Positions 16,665-23,413 of a stretch of DNA of 23,904 nt are shown here, in pieces. Source of the stretch: an uncultured virus (IMG/VR IMGVR_UViG_3300031952_000012) (lineage: Duplodnaviria; Heunggongvirae; Uroviricota; Caudoviricetes); IMG/VR virus record IMGVR_UViG_3300031952_000012. One strand, 5' to 3'. The position numbers and the translations under genes were made by a program. Within the stretch, counting starts at the first letter, position 1, and each line of letters starts with the position of its first letter. The notes beneath the pieces were generated by a model that was not told where the DNA came from, searched no databases, and saw only the letters and a list, made by a program, of their open reading frames with translations.

Positions 16665-17394
16665 TGCGGCCCCCCGTTGATTCGATGATGACCGCGTCCG
16701 CACTTGATTCGGCATTCACCTCTGAACTTGACTCGGTGAGCGCGGGATTCCAAACGGCGTCGGCGCCCATGCTTTTCGCCATCTCGATCGTGGCGAGCGC
16801 GCGTCGACATTCTGACTCTGCTTCCTCGACGGTGATATTCGTCAGCCCAATGATCTCGGTCGGCGCTCCGACGAGTAGGCGCTCTAACACGAGCGAGAGT
16901 TTGGCGCTCTCGTTGCCGTCCTTGATGAGCTTGCCGATTGTCGCAACGACTGCGAGGCCATCCTTAACGCCTAGCTGCTCTGTCTTGAGTTGCTCGCCGA
17001 GCTTCGCCGCGAGTTGAAAGGCGCCGCCTAGAAGCTTTTGAGAGCAGGCCATGAGCGCGATGCAATTCTCTCTCGCTCCTCGGACCATCTTCGTCTCGTG
17101 GGTGCGGATCTCTATCGCGTCTTGTCGAACGACCTCTGATTTGATGCTCACTGTCTCGAGGTTGCGCTTTGCCTTCTCTGACGCCACTCTTGATCTCGCC
17201 TCGAGTTGCTCTTGCTCGACGACATCTTTCGCGGGATCGAAGTACTTTGATTCCCAGCCGACCTTCCAGCATTTTGTGGCGGTTCGATACTCAACATTGC
17301 ATTTTTGCGCCACGTAACTAATATTGCCGGGCTCTTCTCGAAACGCCTCTAGCATCTGCTCGTAGAGTTCACGACTGATTGCTTTTCTGCTCAC
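16639..17394 (-). CDS. terS: Terminase small subunit (putative)
   Basis: N-terminal HTH-like segment (NISYVAQKCNVEYRTATKCW) and a helical middle. Overlaps the terL start; RBS GGGGGA. Confidence 0.7.
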   Translation of the reverse strand: MSRKAISRELYEQMLEAFREEPGNISYVAQKCNVEYRTATKCWKVGWESKYFDPAKDVVEQEQLEARSRVASEKAKRNLETVSIKSEVVRQDAIEIRTHETKMVRGARENCIALMACSQKLLGGAFQLAAKLGEQLKTEQLGVKDGLAVVATIGKLIKDGNESAKLSLVLERLLVGAPTEIIGLTNITVEEAESECRRALATIEMAKSMGADAVWNPALTESSSEVNAESSADAVIIESTGGRNGAGNPVH

Positions 17395-17396
17395 TC

Positions 17397-17499
17397 AAAT
17401 TCCCCCGCACTAGCAGTGATAAAATCAGGCTTATCCAATAAGACGATATCTTAGACCTAATTTATCCGGCAGTGCAACCGCTGTTATTCTGGGGGATTC
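17397..17499 (-). promoter_or_regulatory. Putative late promoter embedded in an RBS-sequestering hairpin
   Basis: TTGCAC (17477-17472), 18 bp, TAAGAT (17453-17448). Nested inverted repeats AUCCCCC/GGGGGAAU, GCACU/AGUGC and GAUAAAUUAGG/CCUGAUUUUAUC. Confidence 0.5.
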
Positions 17500-17505
17500 A
17501 ATCTC

Positions 17506-17682
17506 TCATCGCAGTCGCCCGCCGAGCAAATATGCGGATCGAAGTGCTTCTCGGATTGTTTCTATACTTTCCTCTTGCTGGTCTTCTTTAATCGACGGCA
17601 TCTCCTCCACCACACTCTTTGCGAGCGAAGTCATTGTCTCATCGTCCGCCATCGATCTCGCTAGAATTTCTTGTTGATTCAT
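17506..17682 (-). CDS. Small hypothetical protein, paralogue of 18243..18521
   Basis: Likely start ATG 17682 (58 aa). Shares QEILARSMADDETMTSLAK and EALRSAYLLG with its paralogue. Confidence 0.65.
   Translation of the reverse strand: MNQQEILARSMADDETMTSLAKSVVEEMPSIKEDQQEESIETIREALRSAYLLGGRLR
17617..17673. repeat. 57-bp perfect direct repeat (second copy 18372-18428)
   Basis: ctttgcgagcgaagtcattgtctcatcgtccgccatcgatctcgctagaatttcttg is identical in both places. A second shared block is 17505-17565 versus 18242-18311. Confidence 0.95.
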
Positions 17683-17769
17683 TTTTTCATTCCCCTTCAC
17701 CAACGATGGCTTTTATACGCCGCAAAATCCTGCTCTTCTCCGGTCCGTGAGTGAAGACCCACTCGACTA

Positions 17770-18003
17770 TCAAAGTCTTACGCGTTCGCAACCGAATGGC
17801 CGACCTAGTAGCGTGGAAACAGCCCGGCATGTCTGACAAGGGCGGGGCGACCAATGATGCGGGTCTCTCTCGATCACCGACGCCACGCTCTCCGCGAGAA
17901 CTCGCAACAAAGAATCTTCCCTTGCATTGCTGATTTCTTGTCGTTTCTTCTCCATTTCTATTCGAGCGGCATCGTTTTGATCTCTTCCCCATTCGCTGCT
18001 CAT
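17770..18003 (-). CDS. Hypothetical protein (HxW...CxxC...C)
   Basis: RBS AAGGGGA; 77 aa. Confidence 0.6.
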   Translation of the reverse strand: MSSEWGRDQNDAARIEMEKKRQEISNAREDSLLRVLAESVASVIERDPHHWSPRPCQTCRAVSTLLGRPFGCERVRL

Positions 18004-18020
18004 GATTCCCCTTCATTTCT

Positions 18021-18230
18021 TCATTTCTCGAGTCGCGAGATGCGTTGCGCCAGTAGGTCCAACTTCGAGTTGATCTTTAGCAGAAGTGCGTAGTGGTCGC
18101 CATTATCGAAAATACCTTCGACGTCGGAACATGACGAACATAACTTTACCATTTCATTTAACCCCGGCCTTTTGTGCTCGGTCACTACACGCTTGAGACG
18201 ACAGACTTCGCACTCACCTTTGATTCCCAT
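18021..18230 (-). CDS. Small Zn-finger/coiled-coil hypothetical protein
   Basis: CEVC and CSSC pairs with a C-terminal heptad; RBS GAGGGA. Confidence 0.6.
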   Translation of the reverse strand: MGIKGECEVCRLKRVVTEHKRPGLNEMVKLCSSCSDVEGIFDNGDHYALLLKINSKLDLLAQRISRLEK

Positions 18231-18242
18231 TTTTTCATTCCC

Positions 18243-18521
18243 TCATCGCAGTCGCCCGGCCTGGACGCCGAGCAAATATGCGGATCGAAGTGCTTCTAGG
18301 ATTGTTTCTATGCTTTCTATGCTTTCTCTTCGAGAAGATTGATGCTTGCGATTAAAGAAGTCTTCCACATCCTTTGCGAGCGAAGTCATTGTCTCATCGT
18401 CCGCCATCGATCTCGCTAGAATTTCTTGCCTCGCTGCCATTGCGGCGGCGTACTCTCTATCGCGTTCATCGACCGAGGCCTTGGCTTCATCGATCGTGCT
18501 CTGTGAAATCGTGACACTCAT
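18243..18521 (-). CDS. Hypothetical protein (paralogous family with 17506..17682 and 18779..19102)
   Basis: RBS GGAG; 92 aa; shares DNA blocks with both paralogues. Confidence 0.7.
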   Translation of the reverse strand: MSVTISQSTIDEAKASVDERDREYAAAMAARQEILARSMADDETMTSLAKDVEDFFNRKHQSSRRESIESIETILEALRSAYLLGVQAGRLR

Positions 18522-18541
18522 TTTTTCTCCGTTTCTATTGG
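18511..18541. repeat. 31-bp perfect direct repeat over RBS and start codon (second copy 19277-19307)
   Basis: gtgacactcattttttctccgtttctattgg occurs at both positions. Confidence 0.95.
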
Positions 18542-18561
18542 ATTCATTCTCTTTGTTTGAT

Positions 18562-18774
18562 TCATTTCATCCCTTCCACTCCGCAAATACTGCAGACAAA
18601 GATGGTCACCGAAGATCCTTCGACTTGTTTGGAATGTTCTGCGGCACGAAAATTATGTGTGCACCCATCTCGGAGCGTACCTAATTTTCTACGTTGGAGT
18701 TGAAGTCGATTCTGAAGTTTATCAATGTCTCGAGTCAGTTGTCGGCATTTAAATCTTCTGTCTTGAAGATTCAT
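18562..18774 (-). CDS. Small coiled-coil plus Zn-ribbon hypothetical protein
   Basis: Start ATG 18774 (70 aa); CTH...CSICG. Confidence 0.6.
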   Translation of the reverse strand: MNLQDRRFKCRQLTRDIDKLQNRLQLQRRKLGTLRDGCTHNFRAAEHSKQVEGSSVTIFVCSICGVEGMK

Positions 18775-18778
18775 TTCT

Positions 18779-19102
18779 TCATTCCCTTTGTTTGAGAGGT
18801 AGGTTCCAACCGACGTCAACGCCGAACCGATAGGCGACTCGCATCGCTGATAGGATCAATTCTATACTTTCCTCGCGATGATTGAGTTCATCGGTCGATA
18901 ACATCGACACCATCGATTCCACACTCTTTGCGTGTTCGCGCATCGATATTTCATACTCTCTCCGAATCTCGTACCGCTGCTTTATTGCCATTGCGGCGGC
19001 TTCCTTCATGTCGCTTTCATCGACTGAATCCGTTAACTTCTTCTTCTCCCACTCGATGACCTGCCCCACGAAGCTTTCGTCCGGGTCGTTTCTTGCGCTC
19101 AA
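18779..19102 (-). CDS. Hypothetical protein (third paralogue)
   Basis: Likely TTG start at 19102 (TTGA overlap, GGAGG upstream). SVDE.D..AAAMA, AKSVE and EESIE.IL.A.R.AY..GV are shared with the paralogues. Confidence 0.6.
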   Translation of the reverse strand: MSARNDPDESFVGQVIEWEKKKLTDSVDESDMKEAAAMAIKQRYEIRREYEISMREHAKSVESMVSMLSTDELNHREESIELILSAMRVAYRFGVDVGWNLPLKQRE

Positions 19103-19287
19103 TCGATCCTCCAATTTGACATGAACACAGTAAATTCCTCGAGGAGTCGTTGACGTTCACTGTTTGAACAGGAAGGATTGATGATATATCCTTGAACTCT
19201 ATCTAACAGACTCAAGATCGCAACTATGCTCGCTTCTTTTCTTTCAAGTCCTTCATCGGTCGTGCCCAATGAAATAGTGACACTCAT
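19099..19287 (-). CDS. Hypothetical protein sharing the MSVTIS N-terminus with 18243..18521
   Basis: Start ATG 19287 lies inside the 31-bp repeat; 62 aa. Confidence 0.6.
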   Translation of the reverse strand: MSVTISLGTTDEGLERKEASIVAILSLLDRVQGYIINPSCSNSERQRLLEEFTVFMSNWRID

Positions 19288-19300
19288 TTTTTCTCCGTTT

Positions 19301-19633
19301 CTATTGGTCAAAATCAAACACTATCCGCAATTCGTCCGCGGCTCTTCCCCCAAGCATAGCCTCCAAACTCGCTAAAATATAAAACCACGAAGGGTCGTTG
19401 TATCCCGCGTGGTTGTGCCAGGGACGACGTCTGTTTCGGGGTGACGCTTCGTCTGTTGGATAACCTCGTGGCGTTGGGAGTAATGCTGGGACACCTGCAT
19501 CGTTTATAACTTCACCACCCGTTAAGAAGGCGAAGCGAGCATAGTTGCGATCCGATAACGATTCGGGCGCGTTTAAACTAGCCCATACCCCATCGGTTTT
19601 GATCTCAACGTAAGGATTAATATCACAGCCCAT
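19301..19633 (-). CDS. Phage hypothetical protein (MGCDI...RNY..F...RIVFxFD type)
   Basis: RBS AAGGAG; 110 aa. Confidence 0.7.
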   Translation of the reverse strand: MGCDINPYVEIKTDGVWASLNAPESLSDRNYARFAFLTGGEVINDAGVPALLPTPRGYPTDEASPRNRRRPWHNHAGYNDPSWFYILASLEAMLGGRAADELRIVFDFDQ

Positions 19634-19663
19634 TTGTGTTTCTCCTTGTCATTTATTCCTTCG

Positions 19664-19996
19664 TCAGCGCACTACGAGGTTTCGATGTTCGCCATGAACC
19701 ACGAGCTCGGCGTCGATGATTAAAAAATGACAATGAGCTCTGAATGCCATGACCTGACCCGACGACAAATTCACCGCGCATTCCACTTGAGGAATATCTA
19801 TCTTCGGCACGAGAAACTTTCCCAACTTCATCCATATCGTGGTCGGCAAACCATCGTCGATCTTGAAGAGCGTTCCCGGCGGCATATGTTCAATGTGCCC
19901 CTTCCAATAGCGCGGCTGTTGCGGGTCGTATGCGAACTCGCCATTGATGTCGTGCGCGCGCGGCGTGTCTCTTATTTCACTTATCGTGAGTCCCAT
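19664..19996 (-). CDS. Hypothetical protein
   Basis: Abuts the upstream stop; RBS GAGGA; 110 aa. Confidence 0.65.
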   Translation of the reverse strand: MGLTISEIRDTPRAHDINGEFAYDPQQPRYWKGHIEHMPPGTLFKIDDGLPTTIWMKLGKFLVPKIDIPQVECAVNLSSGQVMAFRAHCHFLIIDAELVVHGEHRNLVVR

Positions 19997-20494
19997 TTAG
20001 TCTTCCTCTTGCTCTAGTTGTTCTCCCCTCGTCGGATGCAAAACTTTGAAGAGTTTCTTCTCTAACTCTTTCGCGACACGCTCTCTGATAATGCAATCGT
20101 CAGCGTGATTGGCGACCGCGGGCACTACTTCGAGCACTCCTTTGATCATCTTGATGGCAGTGATAATCGATTCGGCATCATCGTCGCGGTAATCTTTATC
20201 CAATGTCACTACCAAACCTTTATATTTGTCGGTCATGTTTTCTTCCTTTATCCTCTCAAGCTTTTCCCCAAGCCACGCAGCGTATTTGATGTCATCGGCA
20301 TGACAACGCGCGCAAACATCTTCGCTGTAGAATTCGACTTGGCCTTTATGATTATCGCATCCGTGGTACCTGCACTTCGTGTTGTCAATTTTAGTTATCC
20401 GAAATGGCCCAAGCTTTTCCTCAAGCCACGCAGCGTATTGATCGCGATCTTCTTCTGGATCATCTTGATTGATCCAATCGGCCATTTCACCCAT
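19997..20494 (-). CDS. Hypothetical mosaic protein (internal YAAWLxEKL duplication; possible internal start at MTDKYKG)
   Basis: 165 aa. A 30-bp repeat at 20257-20286/20410-20439 (29/30 identical). AAGGA precedes the internal ATG at 20236. Confidence 0.65.
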   Translation of the reverse strand: MGEMADWINQDDPEEDRDQYAAWLEEKLGPFRITKIDNTKCRYHGCDNHKGQVEFYSEDVCARCHADDIKYAAWLGEKLERIKEENMTDKYKGLVVTLDKDYRDDDAESIITAIKMIKGVLEVVPAVANHADDCIIRERVAKELEKKLFKVLHPTRGEQLEQEED

Positions 20495-20558
20495 GGTTCA
20501 CCCGCCGAAAAGAAATCGTAGTAAGTTCGCCACTTGCTAACTTCTTCGCAAAACTCAT
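20487..20558 (-). pseudogene. 23-codon remnant duplicating the N-terminus of 20571..20990
   Basis: RBS AGGGAG, then MSFAKKLASGELTTISFRRVNHG*. Bases 20524-20560 match 20956-20992 at 34 of 37 nt. Confidence 0.55.
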
Positions 20559-20570
20559 TTTATTCTCCCT

Positions 20571-20990
20571 CTATTTATATCCTTCTAAAGCATTAAGGTA
20601 ATGCGCCATGACGTAAGCCTCTTTACAAGAGCCTACTAAAAACGGTCCCTTACGAACGTAGTGATTATGGACTAACCATTTCCCGTAATAGAACCGAGTG
20701 TAAAATTCATTCAACTCCCCAACTTGAGGTCTTAGTCCCCACGGTCCTCGCATTCGCCAATGCAAATCTCGTTCAGCATCGACTACGGATTCTGGTATTG
20801 GTCGCCCGCGAGACCACTCGATTTGATCAGATAACTCGATAGCGAGTTTGTAATAAACACTCTCACCGTCAAATACGGCATTTAGAAAATCGCAAATATC
20901 TTTGTTCATTCTCATACTCTCTGTCGATAGGGTTTGCCGATGGGTCGCCGCCGTGAGTTCGCCACTTGCTAGCTTCTTAGAAAAACTCAT
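20571..20990 (-). CDS. Hypothetical protein (AT-rich)
   Basis: RBS GAGGGG; 139 aa. Confidence 0.65.
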   Translation of the reverse strand: MSFSKKLASGELTAATHRQTLSTESMRMNKDICDFLNAVFDGESVYYKLAIELSDQIEWSRGRPIPESVVDAERDLHWRMRGPWGLRPQVGELNEFYTRFYYGKWLVHNHYVRKGPFLVGSCKEAYVMAHYLNALEGYK

Positions 20991-20991
20991 T

Positions 20992-21363
20992 TCACCCCTC
21001 TCTTATTCTCTTGCCGTCGGCACTGAATAGATAACGCTCACTGTCAACGTTGACGACGGTGTTCAAGCGCTTGGCGATGCCCATCCCATGATTCTTTTCC
21101 AGCCCGAGACTGACCGCCGCGTCGAGGTGCTCGTGAATCTCCTTTTCTATCTCCTGCAATAATCTCTGAAACCCACCCTTTTTGATCGCGTCGATGAACT
21201 CCAACTTTTCCGTCGCCGCTCTCAACTCCGAGATGACCAACGTCGCACGCGCCGCGCGATACTTTTGATCATCTGTGAAACCCTCGAATGCCTCCTTGAA
21301 CAGCGGGCAATTATTCGATGCAGCCTTCACCATTTCGGTTGTATATTTCACTGTGTGTGCCAT
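20992..21363 (-). CDS. Hypothetical protein
   Basis: RBS AGGGAG; 123 aa. Confidence 0.7.
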   Translation of the reverse strand: MAHTVKYTTEMVKAASNNCPLFKEAFEGFTDDQKYRAARATLVISELRAATEKLEFIDAIKKGGFQRLLQEIEKEIHEHLDAAVSLGLEKNHGMGIAKRLNTVVNVDSERYLFSADGKRIREG

Positions 21364-21381
21364 GTGTTTTTCTCCCTATTT
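21361..21381. repeat. 21-bp perfect direct repeat over TAG-RBS-ATG (second copy 21571-21591)
   Basis: catgtgtttttctccctattt occurs twice, 210 bp apart, bracketing one gene. Confidence 0.95.
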
Positions 21382-21573
21382 CATATCAGAATTAGCAAGC
21401 CTTATCGCTATTGCGCAAGCACAAAATCCAGGGTTATCCTTATCTAATTGGAATTCGACTTTTGTACCATATGGAAACGTCACATCGGGATCTGCAACAA
21501 CATAATATCTGTCTGCAGTCTTAATCATATTGTACGTTTTCAATTTCGTGTGATTCAAAAAATATCCAAGCAT
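21376..21573 (-). CDS. Small AT-rich hypothetical protein flanked by 21-bp direct repeats
   Basis: RBS AGGGAG; 65 aa. Confidence 0.6.
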   Translation of the reverse strand: MLGYFLNHTKLKTYNMIKTADRYYVVADPDVTFPYGTKVEFQLDKDNPGFCACAIAIRLANSDMK

Positions 21574-21709
21574 GTGTTTTTCTCCCTATTTGTACTGCGA
21601 ACGCCATGTCGATGTCAACGAGAGCGGAAGCCCATTCGCCGATATCGCGCACCAACTTCATGCGCTCGACCGAAGCCACGAGGTAGAGTTGCTCGCCCGC
21701 GATTTTCAT
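21521..21709 (-). CDS. Small hypothetical protein
   Basis: RBS GAGGA; 62 aa. Reads through the repeat and overlaps the next gene by 53 nt. Confidence 0.45.
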   Translation of the reverse strand: MKIAGEQLYLVASVERMKLVRDIGEWASALVDIDMAFAVQIGRKTHAWIFFESHEIENVQYD

Positions 21710-21722
21710 TTCACTTTCCTCT

Positions 21723-21884
21723 CTAGTCTTCAGATATTTTTATTTCCCATCTAGTCAAAGAAGCGCGCAGGATTTTCCGACACTTCGCACAGATTGTATA
21801 ACGCACAGTCTTAGTGCAACACATACAGCGGCACTGGCTTATGACCTCGTCACATTCGGAACACTTCGCAATGAAATGGCTCAT
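21723..21884 (-). CDS. Small Cys-rich protein
   Basis: ATG 21884 (ATGA overlap, RBS GGGAG): MSHFIAKCSECDEVISQCRCMCCTKTVRYTICAKC..., 53 aa. Confidence 0.65.
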   Translation of the reverse strand: MSHFIAKCSECDEVISQCRCMCCTKTVRYTICAKCRKILRASLTRWEIKISED

Positions 21885-22198
21885 GGTTCTCCCTTTACCT
21901 TCATCGTCGACTTGTACGCCCTCTTCCTTCTCAGCAAATGCCCACGCACGGCTTCCTTTTCCGTCGCGTAGCGCACGCATTCGCCATCATCCGGTCCGCC
22001 AAAAACCATCGTCTCAAAAATAAGTGGCGCACCTTTGTCATTCTGACCGTGACTACTTCCAAGCCAAACGGTCGACACACGAATCTTGCCGCCCGTCAAA
22101 CCAATTACACGGTAAGTGTTATCGTTCAACAACTCGATCCACTTCTCAAAACTGATTGACTCTCCATGTTTGTCGCGCCAGTCGATTTCGGTTTTCAT
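21881..22198 (-). CDS. Phage hypothetical protein (VSTVWLG...FETMVFGG...RY.T..EA..GH type)
   Basis: ATG 22198 (ATGA overlap, RBS AAGGAG); 105 aa. Confidence 0.7.
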   Translation of the reverse strand: MKTEIDWRDKHGESISFEKWIELLNDNTYRVIGLTGGKIRVSTVWLGSSHGQNDKGAPLIFETMVFGGPDDGECVRYATEKEAVRGHLLRRKRAYKSTMKVKGEP

Positions 22199-22467
22199 CG
22201 TCCGCACTCCTTCAGGCACTTGTAAAAATAACAGGACGCTTCGGCGTTCTTGATCCCGATGAGGCGCCTCTCAACATCGGGCGCTTCGCCGGCGTCCTCT
22301 ATCCAAACATTTCCGTTCGCCGCCTTCGCCACCTGCTCGTCTTGCTCTATGACGAGACCTCCATCGCTCGAGATCTTGCACTCAAAACAGAGCGCGTCCT
22401 CGCGGCATATGACCGCCTCGATTCCACAGCCCGTGAATATGAGCATCGCCAACGCTAGGCTTTTCAT
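22195..22467 (-). CDS. Putative lipoprotein
   Basis: MKSLALAMLIFTGC: basic residue, hydrophobic core and lipobox-like Cys14. Six further Cys residues. Confidence 0.6.
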   Translation of the reverse strand: MKSLALAMLIFTGCGIEAVICREDALCFECKISSDGGLVIEQDEQVAKAANGNVWIEDAGEAPDVERRLIGIKNAEASCYFYKCLKECGR

Positions 22468-22478
22468 GATTGCTACCC

Positions 22479-22622
22479 CCGAATTGCGTAGTTTTACCTC
22501 TAACTATTTTAACAGCAACCTGCCGATTTCTAACGATTTTTGTAGGAACCTAAACATTTCAATTGCGTCGCAGCTTGCGTACGATTGCGTTGTTACGTAT
22601 TCTTGAGTCCTCCGAATTGCGT
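22479..22622. promoter_or_regulatory. Cluster of TTGCGT/ACGCAA repeats (putative operator or promoter region)
   Basis: TTGCGT at 22484, 22563, 22575, 22585 and 22617. The outer two extend to an 11-bp direct repeat CCGAATTGCGT (22479-22489 and 22612-22622). Confidence 0.45.
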
Positions 22623-22658
22623 GCCGCTCGATCTTTTCTGAGGAGGTCGGGCGGCATT

Positions 22659-22747
22659 TTCTTTTGCCCCGCGCGTGCGGGGAATGCTGAGATAAGTCAA
22701 CAGACAGATCAATGGGCACGGTTCAGCCCCGCGTGTGCGGGGAAACA
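22659..22747 (-). CRISPR. Cas-less type I-E-like CRISPR mini-array (full repeat, 31/32-nt spacer, 3'-degenerate repeat)
   Basis: Minus strand: TGTTTCCCCGCACACGCGGGGCTGAACCG (22747-22719), spacer TGCCCATTGATCTGTCTGTTGACTTATCTCA, then GCATTCCCCGCACGCGCGGGGCAAAAGAA (22687-22659). The architecture matches the E. coli I-E repeat GTGTTCCCCGCGCCAGCGGGGATAAACCG. Period is 60 nt. Confidence 0.85.
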
Positions 22748-23368
22748 TCATCGACATGACTCGATGTCTTTCAAAACCATTCCGTCTCTCACCATCATCG
22801 TGGGAGCCCATCCATGCTCGACGAAATTCAACGCCGCCTCTCTCGAGTAACCTTGCGTGACGAGATAGTCGACAAACGTTTCCTTCGTCGGAAATACCGG
22901 CGAGATGGGCGAGCCTTCGCTTACCGTTTCCCAGAGCTGATACCCCTCACCCTCGGGCGGTAACTCTTCCTCCCACGCTTCGTACTTTGCTTTGACCGCG
23001 GCATCGATGCCTGTACTATCACAGATAGTGCACCTTCCCCAACCGGGGAGACCTGCTATCTCGAGGAGTTTTTGTTTGAGACTGAACGTCTGTCCCCATT
23101 CTAGAAGCACCACTCCTTTGGGCTCGCCCGATAACGCGACGAATAACTCATGGAGTTCTTTTGCGCGTGCGTTTCTATTGGCATCCGTGGGGTTGGTCGC
23201 CGATATCTGAAACTCTTCCAACCATTTATTGAACCAGCGGTCACCCGCCGTTGCGCCTGTGCCGCCACAATGCGCGCATTGCTTCCAGTACGGATTCAGA
23301 AAACCTTGCCACACCTTGCGCAAAGGCCAATTGAAATCAAGAGGCACCCGATAGATTTCTCTTCCCAT
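22748..23368 (-). CDS. Hypothetical protein with DnaJ-type CxxCxGxG Zn-binding repeats
   Basis: CAHCGGTG and CTICDSTG; C-terminal PPEGEGYQLWETVSEGSPISPVF; RBS GGGAG. Confidence 0.7.
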   Translation of the reverse strand: MGREIYRVPLDFNWPLRKVWQGFLNPYWKQCAHCGGTGATAGDRWFNKWLEEFQISATNPTDANRNARAKELHELFVALSGEPKGVVLLEWGQTFSLKQKLLEIAGLPGWGRCTICDSTGIDAAVKAKYEAWEEELPPEGEGYQLWETVSEGSPISPVFPTKETFVDYLVTQGYSREAALNFVEHGWAPTMMVRDGMVLKDIESCR

Positions 23369-23413
23369 AATTTTTCTCCCTTGAGCGCCATGCGCTATTA
23401 ACTACCTGTGAAA

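Noticed and set aside
17398..17420. AATTCCCCCGCACTAGCAG resembling the start of the I-E repeat
   Set aside because: No GCGGGG arm or tail. It is the complement of the terS RBS.
17505..18428. DGR template/variable repeat pair
   Set aside because: Differences are indels and block swaps rather than adenine-specific substitutions, and no reverse transcriptase is seen.
22504..22811. ORFs 22504..22719, 22593..22811 and 22563..22850
   Set aside because: They run across the CRISPR repeats or overlap 22748..23368, lack good RBSs and have spurious-looking composition.
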